The notes under the pieces were generated by a model. It ran no database searches. It was not told the DNA's origin and saw nothing but the letters and a program-made list of their open reading frames with translations. DNA of 64,000 nt from Zootoca vivipara (lineage: Eukaryota): positions 17,484,001 to 17,548,000 of the forward strand of contig NC_083277.1 in the NCBI RefSeq assembly GCF_963506605.1, given 5' to 3'. This document shows, piece after piece, positions 24,335-37,117 of this stretch. How positions within the stretch are numbered: the stretch's first letter is position 1; each line of letters begins with the position of its first letter. A program made the translations under genes and the position numbers.

Positions 24335-25279
24335 ATGTACAGGGAAGCATCACGGGAAGAAGGTAACCAAAGCTACCAAGGAGAATTCATCTTACTGGGA
24401 GTGGCTGACCGCCCACACTTGGAGATGCTGCTCTTTGCCATTATCCTGATCTGCTATATGTTGACCCTGTTGGGAAACACGACCATCATTGTGGTGTCGC
24501 GGCTGGACCCCCATCTCCACACACCCATGTATTTCTTCCTCTGCAACCTCTCCTTCCTTGACCTCTGTTACACTACCAGCCTCGGACCCCGGATGCTGGT
24601 GAGCTTCTGGAGGAAAAACAAGTCCATCTCCTATGGCGGCTGTGTGGCTGAGTTGTACATCTCTCTTGCTCTGGGCTCCACAGAATGTGTCCTTTTGGCT
24701 TTCATGGCCTATGACCGATATGCCGCAGTCTGCCATCCCCTGCGCTACACTACCATTATGAACGATTCTGTATGTTTCACAATGGCTGCCATCTCCTGGG
24801 TTAGTGGGTTCAGCAATTCACTTGTGCAGACGGTGTTGACATTTAGGATTCCACGATGCGGGGAGAACCGAATAGACCATTTTTTCTGTGAGGTGCCTGC
24901 CTTTATCAAATTGGCCTGTGGGGACACCTCACTCAATGAGGCTGTGCTCTTTTTTGCCACTGTGATCATCCTTCTGTTACCAGTGGGCCTGATCACCATC
25001 TCTTATGCCTACATTGTGGCAGCTGTGTTAAGGATCCGCTCAGCTGAAGGCAGGAAGAAGGCCTTCAACACCTGTGCTTCCCACTTGATCGTGGTGTCAC
25101 TCTTTTACGGGTCAGCCATTTGCAGTTACCTCCAGCCCCGATCTGGCTACTCCCGTGACCAGGAAAAGATGGTCTCCCTTTTCTATACATTTGTCACCAC
25201 CATGTTAAATCCACTAATCTATACCCTGAGGAACAAAGAGGTACACAAAGCTCTTGGAAGGCTAATGAAGAGGAATTAA
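24335..25279 (+). CDS. Olfactory receptor, class II, family 2-like (OR-1), 314 aa
   Basis: NQS glycosylation site, [36 protein letters not shown] and [11 protein letters not shown] motifs. A splice acceptor (tacag) precedes ATG ATG at 24332/24335; the 24335 ATG aligns with the paralogues. Confidence 0.95.
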   Translation: MYREASREEGNQSYQGEFILLGVADRPHLEMLLFAIILICYMLTLLGNTTIIVVSRLDPHLHTPMYFFLCNLSFLDLCYTTSLGPRMLVSFWRKNKSISYGGCVAELYISLALGSTECVLLAFMAYDRYAAVCHPLRYTTIMNDSVCFTMAAISWVSGFSNSLVQTVLTFRIPRCGENRIDHFFCEVPAFIKLACGDTSLNEAVLFFATVIILLLPVGLITISYAYIVAAVLRIRSAEGRKKAFNTCASHLIVVSLFYGSAICSYLQPRSGYSRDQEKMVSLFYTFVTTMLNPLIYTLRNKEVHKALGRLMKRN

Positions 25280-28200
25280 TCTGAATGGCTCCCAACTTTA
25301 TTCAGAATATATATATAATCAATCATCTGTATGATTTCCCCTTCCTGTGGGAATTTGTAGCTTTTTTCAGACCTATATGTTTATTTTGTGAATGCTTTAT
25401 TGCTGTTTGATTACTGCAATCTTATGATGTTGTAATGCTGTTTTAATGAAACTGTTATAGAAAGGTGTGGTGGAGATGTTGAAAATAAATAAATCCATCT
25501 TTCTTTCTGTTCTGGCCCTTGCTTCTTGAAAGAGTACTCAAATTCAGGTTTCTGTTTCTACCAAAATATTTTATTCACAGATTACTATGATACCTAGGCA
25601 CCACAGAAGCAGACAGGATATGGTAGTGCTGGGGCTGGACATTTATCTGATATCTAGCTCAAACCCTCTTTTCTCTCTCTCCCATAACACCAGAACTTGT
25701 GGACCTCAAACGAAACTGACTGTCGAAAGATAAAATCAAGTATTTCTCCTCTAAATTTTGGTGCTTGCTCCCACAGGAGGCGGGGATGGCCCCCAACCTA
25801 TAAAGCCTTGTCCTCCATGCATTTCTCCAACCCTCTTTTAAAGCTATCATTGGTTATTAGGCACGATGACTATTTTCTACATCCTCTGTCAATACTAGTT
25901 TCTGGAAGTTGCAGGAGGATACAGTGCTCTTGTACTTGGGTCCTGCTTGCTAGTTTTCCGCAGACATCTGTAAGACAACTAGATGGGCCTCTGGCCTGAT
26001 CCAGTAGGCTCTCATGTTCTTGATTTGCTCCTAAATTTTCTCTATGTTGAATATATATTTTTAGTGATTACATTTCTGTTTATTGTCGAGAGGCTTTCAC
26101 CGCCACAGTACACCAAGGGGTGGGTTTTCTCCAATTGCAGCGGGTAGGCAATCTTCTTCCATTTTTTTTAAATAATTATTTTTATTAAGGATTTTCTTGG
26201 GTTACAAAGGTAGTGCAGTGTCTCATGCATCATTTTTACACGACAATTTTACTTGTTGAGGCATTATGAGGAAGGGGGGAAAGAGGTGGGTGGGATGGGG
26301 AGTTGGGTGCAGTGGATTGTCAATGTTTCTGTTTTTCTTGATATGTGTAGGGGTTCTCACACAAGAAACTAAAGATCATCACAGCCAACCACAAATGAGC
26401 AATCACATCCTAAGACGAATCCTGACCTCTCTCACCAACAGAGAAGCACGAACAAACAACAGAGAACCTGCACATACGACGCTGATGCCGAACCCCTACA
26501 CATATCTTCTTCCATTTTTGACACACTAGAATTTGTAAACCAATATTTTAGATTGCAGTATGGTTAAAAACATTTTCAATTAGGAAATGCTAAACCCCTT
26601 TTGGTAGAGTGTTTTTGCTGCTACTCTGGGCTTCTTACCTGCTCATAAAAAAGTTGAATAGTTCTTCCAATTTTTTGAAGTAAAGTTTCGCTCACCTTCA
26701 GTGGTATATTTGACATCAGTAAATAGGATTTGTGTATGTTCATCTTTATTACTGAATTCCTAGCCGTCCAAAAAGTTTCACATTTCCCCAATTGCTAGAT
26801 GTTTACTTCTTTCTTTAATTTATTAGTTATGATTAAATATGACTACATTTTCCAAATTAGTGGTGAATTTATACCTGGGCATCCACACACATTTGATGTC
26901 TTGGAATGTTTCCCCAATGATACTGCAGTATTACCATCTAGAGGTGTGCTTGTGTGCTATAACACAACAAAAACAGAAATTTAACTGGAAGGTTTACAGA
27001 ATAAAAAGTTGATTTTGGCAGGAAGCTACATGGCATGCACTGAAATATGACATGCACAGAAACAAAGCAGCATGTCTACCCCAAATGTTTGCAGGTATAA
27101 ACAGTATTGAAGGTGGTATCACAAATATAAACAATAAGCTTTCTGGATGGCCACTGTGAGAATAGGATGCTGGACTGGTCGTTGCCATGATCCAGAAAAC
27201 TCTTTTTATGTTCTTATATATGCAATGTTAGGCACAGTCTTTGAGCGGTGAGAGATTCCAGTGGTTTCTGCACTTACCCAGACCTCCATTTCCTTGGAGT
27301 GAAGGTCAGCAGAGACTGGTATCTTTAGCATATGGTTTTATTTACATATATACATATGCATGTGTGTGTGTGTGTGTGTGCATAAAACCATATACTAAAG
27401 ATATATATAACCTGAGCACAGGATGCAGGAGCTCACAGCACTAACATCCCACTAGATCTTGCTTTTTCATTTAGTTTCCAGAGGAACCCCAAAGTTTAAC
27501 ACACAGAGCAAAACATGTCTCTCTGTCTCTCCAGTTTACACAACTCAGGACGTTGTTCTTCTATGTACCAGCCAGGTAAGGTGGCGACAGGAAGGCAACA
27601 CATTTGTTCCTAAGGCACAGAGCAACTTCTTTGGATATGCTAAATCATAATACAGTAGTATCTCGGTTTACGAACTTAATCCGTTCCTGAAGTCTGTTCT
27701 TAAACCGAATCCGTTCTTAATCTCCAAAAAAAACAAAACAAAACAAAACAGGGTTCCTGTAAATGGGGCTAAGGGGGAGGCATTGACCATACGCAATAGG
27801 CTGTCATTGCCCTCCCCCTCCAGTGGCTGCAATCGATAAGGGGCGGGCTATCTGCTTGAACATATGTTCTCCAGAGCTAGCCCAACTCCCTCACATGCTG
27901 GATAACCCTGAAATTACCCAGATCCCCGACTGGGGGCTGGGAAGGATATACACCCAATGCCTGATCCAAGGTCTCCCTACATCTGAATTCTTAATAAAGT
28001 TGTGGCCAATTTTTATCCCATAGAATGTGGTCTTGTGTCAGCATTCCTCTCGGGGGCTGCCTGGGGCTTTGGCAGACTCCGCATGGCCGCGCAATGCTGA
28101 AAATCAGTACTCCTGATTGGTGGTCCGTGGACCCTATGGGATCCACGGCACCATTCACATAACAAAGGCTGCCATAGAGATATTTAAAAAATTCAAAAGT

Positions 28201-28299
28201 AAGGGCCCATTTGAAAAGCAGAGGGTCCACAGTCCTCAGTGCTGGATTACCAAATAGGCAGAGTAGTCACCGGCCTGTGGGCCCCATGTCCATAGTTTG

Positions 28300-28879
28300 A
28301 GCTCCCCTCGAACTAAATCCAGTTCTCTAAATGTGACACCACATGAGGTCTGCAAACAGCTAATTGGAATACTCGGAAATATCAATATGCAATGAAATAA
28401 ATTTCTCCAACCAACTTTGAAAGTTTCCGCATAAATAGATAATCCAAAGACTTTTGCTCCCGAAGGAGTTAAGTAGTGTTTTCTTTTCCATCCCTTCCCT
28501 GGTGCAAGTCACAGCCTCCAGAGGACGCTGTGCAAGGGAAGAGGAGGCAGGTCCTTTGGGGCTTCTTTGCTCATGACTGAAGGGTAACATGTAGTTTCAC
28601 CTTAATTATTGAGTCTGAGTTCTGGCCCTTATGGGGCTTCATGATGGTTCCTCAGAGAGCTGCTGAAGATGGGGAGAGAGAGCAATTTCCTCCACCTCTC
28701 CCACCCTCCTGGATAACATCGTAAAATCATTGAACCTCTCCCCTGAAGGCCCCTTTAGAGACAGAGAGATCATCTTACTATGGTCATGTAGATGTGCTGG
28801 TACCAACAGATAGTATGGGACACAATGCTGAGGCAGAAGAGCCCAGGCGCTGGACTGAATTAGGCAAGCTGCCCAGGGT
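28300..28879 (+). promoter_or_regulatory. Putative OR promoter plus non-coding exon 1 cassette for OR-2
   Basis: Paralogous block upstream of each OR: TAATTG (28361), O/E-like TCCCGAAGGA (28458), TAATTA; ends in donor CAGG|GTAAGA at 28878. Confidence 0.6.
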
Positions 28880-29086
28880 AAGAGTTGCGGGGAGCATTTC
28901 TCTTTTCCTACCAACGTTTACACTGATCATTCTGGAGATGCCTCCAGATGTAAGAGAATCTGCATTTCTTTCTTTTTCAGTCTCCTCCTGTCCTTTTCCC
29001 CTTGACCCTCTCCCCCTTCAGATACACATACATACTGCTCTTTCTCTCTGCTTTTTTAAAAAAGATTTCTTATTATTTGATTTCAT

Positions 29087-30665
29087 TGTTGTTGTTTAGT
29101 CGTGTCCGACTCTTCGTGACCCCATGGACCATAGCACGCCAGGCACTTCTGTCTTGCACTGCCTCCCGCAGTTTGGTCAAACTCATGTTCGTAGCTTCGA
29201 GAACACTGTCCAACCATCTCGTCCTCTGTCGTCCCCTTCTCCTAGTGCCCTCAATCTTTCCCAACATCAGGGTCTTTTCCAGGGAGTCTTCTCTTCTCAT
29301 GAGGTGGCCAAAGTATTGGAGCCTCAGCTTCACGATCTGTCCTTCCAGGGAGCACTCAGGGCTGATTTCCTTCAGAATGGAGAGGTTTGATCTTCTTGCA
29401 GTCCATGGGACTCTCAAGAGTCTCCTCCAGCACCATAATTCAAAAGCATCAATTCTTCGGCGATCAGCCTTCTTTATGGTCCAGCTCTCACTTCCATACA
29501 TCACTACTGGGAAAACCATAGCTTTAACTATACGGACCTTTGTCGGCAAGGTGATGTCTCTGCTTTTTAAGCTGCTGTCTAGGTTTGTCATTGCTTTTCT
29601 CCCAAGAAGCAGGCGTCTTTTAATTTCGTGACTGCTGTCACCATCTGCAGTGATCAAGGAGCCCAAGAAAGTAAAATCTCTCACTGCCTCCATTTCTTCC
29701 CCTTCTATTTGCCAGGAGGTGATGGGACCAGTGGCCATGATCTTGGTTTTTTTTGATGTTGAGCTTCAGACCATATTTTGCGCTCTCCTCTTTCACCCTC
29801 ATTAAAAGGTTCTTTAATTCCTCCTCGCTTTCTGCCATCAAGGTTGTGTCATCTGCATATCTGAGGTTGTTGATATTTCTTCCGGCAATCTTAATTCCGG
29901 CTTGGGATTCATCTAGTCCAGCCTTTCGCATGATGAATTCTGCATATAAGTTAAATAAGCAGGGAGACAATATACAACCTTGTCGTACTCCTTTCCCAAT
30001 TTTGAACCAATCAGTTGTTCCATATCCAGTTCTAACTGTAGCTTCTTGTCCCACATAGAGATTTCTCAGGAGACAGATGAGGTGATCAGGCACTCCCATT
30101 TCTTTAAGAACTTGCCATATTTTGCTGTGGTCGACACAGTCAAAGGCTTTTGCATAGTCAATGAAGCAGAAGTAGACGTTTTTCTGGAACTCTCTAGCTT
30201 TCTCCATAATCCAGCGCATGTTTGCTATTTGGTCTCTGGTTCCTCTGCCCTTTCGAAATCCAGCTTGCACTTCTGGGAGTTCTCGGTCCACATACTGCCT
30301 AAGCCTGCCTTGTAGAATTTTAAGCATGACCTTGCTAGCGTGTGAAATGAGCGCAATTGTGCGGTAGTTGGAGCATTCTTTGGCACTGCCCTTCTTTGGA
30401 ATTGGGATGTAGACTGATCTTCTCCAATCCTCTGGCCATTGCTGAGTTTTCCAAACTTGCTGGCATATTGGGTGTAGCACCTTAACAGCATCATCTTTTA
30501 AAATTTTAAATAGTTCAGCTAGAATATCATCACTTCCACTGGCCTTGTTATTAGCAGTGCTTTCTAAGGCCCATTTGACTTCACTCTCCAAGATGTCTGG
30601 CTCAAGGTCAGCAACCACACTACCTGGGGTGTACGAGACCTCCATATCTTTCTGGTATAATTCCT
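29087..30665 (-). mobile_element. 5'-truncated Bov-B LINE with a nearly intact RT domain
   Basis: RT motifs FIDYAKAFD, GVRQGCILSP and LRYADD; one frameshift at a homopolymer run near 29750 separates the 349-aa and 221-aa ORFs; (CAA)n tail. Confidence 0.95.
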
Positions 30666-30918
30666 CCAACCTTCCATTTCCTACCACACCACCACTCTTT
30701 AGTGCTCACCCTGCCTGTTGGACTTCAACTCCCATCGCCCATCACCATTGGCTAAGGTGTCTGAGGGGTGATGGGATAGTAGTCCAACAAAAGCCGGCAA
30801 CTCAAGCATGGAGAATACTGTATAATACTGAGATAGCTGGACTAATGTTCTTATTGGCTATAAGGTAATTTAATGACTGGCCAGGCTACCCCTGGTATTT
30901 TCCACACAGTACCCTCTT

Positions 30919-31470
30919 AGAATCATAGAATCAGAGTTGAAAGAGGCCAAAAGGGCCGTTCAGTCCAACCCCCTGCCGAGCAGAAAACACCTTAAAAACA
31001 TTCTTGACATATGCCTGTCAAACCTCTGCTTAAAGACCTCCAAAGAAGGAGACTCCACCACACTCCTTGGTAGCAAATTCCACTGCCGAACAGCTCTTAC
31101 TGTCAGGAAGTTCTTCCTAATGTTTAGGTGGAATCTTCTTTCTTGTAGTTTGAATCCATTGCTCCGTGTCCGCTTCTCTGGAGCAGCAGAAAACAACCTT
31201 TCTCCTTCCTCTATATGACATCCTTTTATATATTTGAACATGGCTGTCATATCACCCCTTAACCTTCTCTTCTCCAGGCTAAACACGCCCAGCTCCCTAA
31301 GCCATTCCTCATAAGGCATCATTTCCAAGCCTTTGACCATTTTGGTTGCCCTCTTCTGGACACGTTCCAGCTTGTCAGTATCCTCCTTCAACTGTGGTGC
31401 CCAGAACTGGACACAGTACTCCAGGTAAAGGTCTGACCAGAGCAGGATACAGTGATGAATACAGAATACT
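30919..31470 (-). mobile_element. CR1 LINE 3' fragment
   Basis: [16 protein letters not shown]...[19 protein letters not shown]...; (GATTCTAT)n tail. Absent from the paralogous site near 41320. Confidence 0.92.
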
Positions 31471-33558
31471 ATTGATGACCTGGACTACAGAGTTGCATCC
31501 AGAGTGAGCTCTGTGAGAGTTTCCTTGGCCCAAGGTGGAGCCACCTGCTCCCTCAACACAGACTGTCATAGCAGACCAAGAGTCAGGGGTGAGCTAATGA
31601 GCTAATTCCCAAAATGAGGGGTGCTAAAAGTCCTAACATGACAGGAATTCAAAAGATAATTTGGTTAAATTAATACAATTTCGTTTTGCTTGATAAGTAA
31701 AATGGGTGTAAAATTGCATAGATAGCATTCAAATTGATTGCAAAGTGCTTGCAGTTTTATATTTTATATGATAATATTCGACTTATTTGGTTTTCCAAAA
31801 GTAGTTTATGTGCTTCTTCATCAAACGGTGACTTACCAAACTAAATGTTGCCCAGTCACAAAAATAATACACACCTTCACACACCTTGCAAAAATTAAGT
31901 TTCAACCCAAAATGACACTCCCTACTGAGGTAGTGTGAGGAGTGTCATCTTGAGAAAGGGACCATAAAATATAGGATGGATGGAAGTGAAATGAAGAGAA
32001 GAACAGAGATAAAATATTGAATACACATTTTTCAGAATGAATTTACTTCTCCCTGAGACAGAGGTGAGCTAAATCCAAAAATAAGGGGTGCTAAAATGTT
32101 GTAAAATGACTTGGAAATTCAACAGCTCTTTTGGTTAAATTAATACAATTTCATTTTGCTTGATAAGTAAAATGGGTGCAAGATTGCATCGATATCATTC
32201 AAATTGATTGCCAAGTACTTGCAGTTATATGTTTTATATGATAAAATTAGAATTATTTGGTTGTTGTGTTTCTGTTACTTGCATTTGCAGCTGATACAAT
32301 TAGGTTATTCAACCTTTGTTAAGTTTTTCTAAACAGATTTTCCTAATAGGGGAGGTCTCCAACCCTGGATCATTTTGTATACTCTTTGTCTTTATTTTTA
32401 ACCGCAAGTCTACATTTTTCTGAGATTTGACCACCAGAATAGTACACAATATTCAAAATGTGGCTGACCACAGGTTTACATATGAGCGTATGATAGCTGG
32501 TACTTTATTTCAATCTAATTGATGGTGTTTCCTGCTTGGTAGGGGGTTGGACTGGATGGCCCTTGTTGTCTCTCCCAACTCTATGATTCTATGATTCTAA
32601 TTATTTTCAACTTTGAATGCACCTTCTTTAGATCACTACAAAACATTATCATTTTCAGTAAGCATTCCAACCCTTACATGTCCTGTTCAGAGCCAAACAA
32701 CATTTCCCTCTTTTAAAACAGGAATTGGCAAACTCCCAGCTTGTGGGTTCCTGTCAGAAGCCTAACCTGCTGTATTTTGTATGAACTAAACTTTTCTGGT
32801 ATGTTCTAAAGGTAGCACCATCTAGAGCACATTTAAATGTTTGTTTGAAAATACTTATATACCGCTACTCATAAAAATACCAGAGTGGTTTTCCACAGCT
32901 CTGTATAAAAACCATACAATAAAAACCGCATAGCAATCTTAAAATCCAAGATCAGTTACGTATTCTGTTCCATTAGCGCTATACCCCCCATCATTCCTGA
33001 TCATTTCCCAAGCTTTCTGGGAGTTGAAGTCCAGTGTTGGCTATCCCTGTGCTAGACCAACCCGGAGCAATAATGTATGCTCATCAACCCTTCTGCTTGT
33101 CTCCTGTGTAGAAAGCATGGGTCCAAGTGATTTTCCACTTGTCCCGTGCTTTCTAGGCAGAGGTTTTGCCTTTGCCCTGCTACTTCCCCTGGAAAGTCCA
33201 CACTTTAGTGCTAAATCAGAGCACCCTAGTCTTCTGATTGTAACCTGGTATAACTCCTTTTAATCTTGAATATTAGATTACCCTTGGCCCTCTAGACATC
33301 GCTGAACTACAACTCCCAGCTTCTCATGCTTTGGCGATGCTTGATGGGGCCAAAGAGGGTTACTAGTTCAGGAAGAGGGTTGAAGGTTCTCCATCCGTGC
33401 ATTGCCATGTGAAAGTTAGAAGGTTTTCTCATTGTACACATGGTACATGGGTGATCTCAGCCATACCAAGATGCTCCTAAGGCTTTTGTGCCAACTGTTT
33501 ATTCCAGCTCCATTTTGAGTAGATGTTTTGCTATTTTCGTTTCTTCCTTTTCTAGATA

Positions 33559-34503
33559 ATGTACAGGGAAGCATTGTGGGAAGAAGGCAATCAGAGCTAT
33601 GAAGGAGAATTCATCTTACTGGGAGTGGCTGACCGCCCACGCTTGGAGATGTTGCTCTTTGGCCTTGTCCTGATGTGCTACACGATGACCTTGCTGGGCA
33701 ACACAACCATCATTGTGGTGTCGCGGCTGGACCCCCATCTCCACACCCCCATGTATTTCTTCCTCACCAATCTCTCCTTCCTTGATCTTTGCTTCACCAC
33801 CAGCCTCGGACCATGGATGCTGGTGAGCTTCTGGAAGAAAAACAAGTCCATCTCCTATGGCGGCTGTGTGGCTGAGTTGTACATCTCCCTTGCTCTGGGC
33901 TCCACAGAATGTGTCCTTTTGGCTGTCATGGCCTACGACCGATATGCTGCAGTCTGTCATCCGCTGCGCTACACTACCATTATGAGCCACTCTTTATGTT
34001 TCAAAATGGCTGCCATCGCCTGGCTTTTTGGCTCCGGTAATTCACTAGTGCACACAGTGATGACTCTTCGGCTCCCACGGTGTAGAGAGAACCGAATAGA
34101 CAATTTTTTCTGTGAGGTTCCAGCCTTAATCAAACTGGCCTGTGTTGACACCTCCTTCAATGAGGCTTTGCTTGTTGGTTTTAGTGCAGTGTTCCTTATA
34201 GTACCACTAGGCCTCATTATGGTCTCTTATAGCTACGTTGTGGTTGCTGTGTTGAGGATCCGCTCAGCGGAGGGCAGGCAGAAGGCCTTCAGCACCTGTG
34301 CTTCCCACTTGATTGTGGTGTCGCTCTTTTATGGGACGGCCACCTTCAGCTACGTTCAGCCCGCGTCCAACTACTCCCGCGATCAGGGCAAGATGGTTTC
34401 CCTTTTCTATACATTTGTTGTCACCATGCTCAATCCCTTAATCTATACCCTGAGGAACAAAGAGGTACACAAAGCTCTGAGCAGACTGACAAAGAGAACT
34501 TAA
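33559..34503 (+). CDS. Olfactory receptor, family 2-like (OR-2), 314 aa
   Basis: All OR motifs present; acceptor ttcttccttttctag|ataATG. Confidence 0.95.
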   Translation: MYREALWEEGNQSYEGEFILLGVADRPRLEMLLFGLVLMCYTMTLLGNTTIIVVSRLDPHLHTPMYFFLTNLSFLDLCFTTSLGPWMLVSFWKKNKSISYGGCVAELYISLALGSTECVLLAVMAYDRYAAVCHPLRYTTIMSHSLCFKMAAIAWLFGSGNSLVHTVMTLRLPRCRENRIDNFFCEVPALIKLACVDTSFNEALLVGFSAVFLIVPLGLIMVSYSYVVVAVLRIRSAEGRQKAFSTCASHLIVVSLFYGTATFSYVQPASNYSRDQGKMVSLFYTFVVTMLNPLIYTLRNKEVHKALSRLTKRT

Positions 34504-34617
34504 GACCAATGTCTCCCAACTCCATGCAGAGGCTGTGTGGTTATATTTTAATAAACATAAATAAAACATCGCTGATGTTTTGGCAACCAGAGCTTCTTTT
34601 TTGTGTTGGATTGCCTG

Positions 34618-34689
34618 CACTTGATTGTGGTGTCACTCTTTTATGGGACGGCCATTTTTAGTTCTCTCCAACCTCCATCCAGCTACTCC
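34618..34689 (+). pseudogene. OR remnant (TM6: HLIVVSLFYGTAIFSSLQPPSSYS)
   Basis: 72-nt segment homologous to the TM6 region of the neighbouring ORs. Confidence 0.75.
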
Positions 34690-35699
34690 AGGGAAGAATA
34701 ATGAAGAAATCAACAACTTGAGTCCAATGGCTGGCAACATCAATAAAAATAAATTGTCCTTCATTCAATGGTGACTTGCAGTTTTGCTTCTGTTCGTTTG
34801 TTTATAATGATTATTATTATTTTTTACGGATGTTTTATTGGTGTTTGGAATATTTCAGTGCTGTAATGTTGCAATGTAATAATGACATTATTTTTATAGA
34901 TAGGTGAGGTGGAAATGCTGTAGATTAGTGCGCCCGATTGGTGGTCCTTGGACCCCAGGGTATCCATGGCACCATTCACATAACAAAAGCTGCCAAAGAG
35001 ATACACTGTATTTAAAAATTAAAAAGTAAGGGTCCACGGCTTATCTTTTGAAAAGTAGCGGGTCTGCAGTCCTCAGTGCCGGATTACCAAATAGGCAGAG
35101 TAGTTGTGAGGAATATGTTGCCTTTCCATTGTTTTTCTAATTTTAAGGATGCTTTTAGTAATGCTTTTCTATAAAAGCAGGTCTAGAGACCTCATAGCCT
35201 TGCCATTTCAAAAGGATGTTTTTAAGCAACTGACCTGCTGGGAGCCTGAAGGGCCCTGCCCTGCTTTTCTTCACCTGGCTTGGGGCAGGGCCTGACAGGC
35301 TCCATAAAGGACGGCTGCTGCTGCTGCTGGGCAGAGAGGGCTCACTTACTGTTTTCTAAATTGCTTTTATTTTTTTATCTATGTCATTTTAAATTGTGAT
35401 TGATATTAATGCTGTATTCTTAGTTTTAGATTTTATTCTTCATGTGGAAATTGTTTTCCATTTGGCTGTGTACTTTTTGATATGTTTTATTTATTGTTTA
35501 TGACTTTTGTTATGTTGGTAATTATGTAAATCTTGTCATGTTGTAAGCTGCCTTGAGCATTGTTTTAACTATGGAATGGCGGCATACAAATAAAATGAAG
35601 ATGATGATGATGATGATGACTGCCTGATAGAACTAGGACACATACAATCTGATAAGAGTTGCAGATTAGTAGCTTCCTAGTAGAACAAGAGGATGAATG

Positions 35700-36470
35700 C
35701 AGTGGCGGAGTGGCACCGGGGGCAGAGAGCAGGCAGGGGTGGGGCTGGCGCGCATTCTGGGGGCGTGGTGCGCCGTCCATGGAGGCGGGGCACGCATTCT
35801 GGGGCGGGGTGCGCTGCCCGCGGAGGCAGGGCACCCAGCATGGGCAGGGGGCAGCCGCGATGGCACCCTCAGCGCCCCCAACGCACCCCTCTTCCTACAC
35901 CCCCTTTCCCCCCCAAATAATTTTTATTAACATTTTTCCAAATAAACAAAACAAAAAGCAATTTTTTAAATACAATTCATCTTATGTTCACCCATCTCAG
36001 TTCATTTCGCTCTGCCGAGCTGTGACTTCCCTCCCTCCCGTCATTCGGCTTTGTTTCTCACTCTTAGCTCGCAGTTCCCTTTTACCCACATTTTAAACTA
36101 ACTTGTAGGATTTATTTCAGTCCTGCAAGTGTCTTTAAACTTCTACAGTTCTTCTCCATATAGTCAATTAATTTACTCCATTCCCTTTGGAAATTTGTCT
36201 CTCCCTGGTTACGGATCCCGCAGGTCAACTTTGCTAACTCTGCATAGTCAATCATTTTCGTCTGCCACTCCTCAATCGTCGGTATCTCTTGTAGTTTCCA
36301 TTTTGGGGCTAATAAAGTTCTTGCAGCGGTTGTAGCATACATAAATAATCTCTGGTCTCCTTTTCCTATTTTCTCTCCCATTAGTCCCAATAGAAAAGCT
36401 TCAGGCTTTGGGGGAAAGGTATACCTAAACATCTTTTTCAATTCATTAGATATCATTTCCTACACCCCTG
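35700..36470. mobile_element. GC-rich non-autonomous hAT-like element nested in the LTR
   Basis: Ends CAGTGGCGGAG / CTACACCCCTG; 8-bp TSD GATGAATG/GATGCATG with one mismatch. Confidence 0.65.
35904..36456 (-). mobile_element. L1-clade LINE 3' fragment nested in the hAT element
   Basis: PEAFLLG...FMYATTAAR.L.A.KWK..EIPTIEEW..K...YAELAKLT resembles an L1 ORF2 C-terminus; TSD TTCCTACACCCC at 35892-35903 and 36457-36468. Confidence 0.8.
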
Positions 36471-37117
36471 GATGCATGGATTTTGACAAGGTTTGCAAAA
36501 TTAGCCGAGCTTGTGATAACCACAAATGGCTACAGATAGGTATATACTGTACACTTTTAGCAAAACTGGTGGTTAGAATGCTCAGAAAGTCATATAGCTT
36601 GCGGTTAGGACCCAGACGCAAAGACCCTCTTACACCTAGGACTAGAACCTTTGGTAAGCAAATTGTGGTTTGCCATTTTAGCTTTATCAGATATGAAACT
36701 AACTTGTGCTCGCATTAAGAACAAATGAAGCGGTTAACACGTGTAAATAGGACCGCTTGTGGTAAGAAAATAGATACTGCTCACGTCAACAGATTTTTGT
36801 AAGGGGGCTTTTGACCATATCTGTACAATGATTAACAAGGGGAAGTAGGATGGTAATACGTTAATAAGGCGGATGCGATACGCTGTAAACATTGCACGCC
36901 CCTTCCTGGTGGGCATGTAGAGGAGGGACTTTTGCGCTCGGGGAAAAGGATAAAATGCTAGTGACTCCCTGAACGAGGTGTGCCTGCATTGGTCAGCTAT
37001 CTTGAAATGTTTTTCAATAAACCTTTTGGCTACTTCACCAATTTTGTTCAGAATTCATTTTAAAGGGCCACGGGACATTGTCTTCAGAACCAGTGTTTGT
37101 TTTTTTATCCTGCAGTA

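Larger units (their letters stand above)
35105..37114. mobile_element. Solo LTR-like element (TG...CA) containing nested insertions
   Basis: Starts TGTGAGG and ends CCTGCA; 5-bp TSD GTAGT, whose right copy is split by the Tc2-like element. The empty site is visible in the paralogue near 28262; AATAAA near 37016. Confidence 0.7.

Noticed and set aside
24392-24736. Antisense ORFs of 114-124 aa repeated in all five ORs
   Set aside because: Shadow ORFs of the conserved sense coding sequence.
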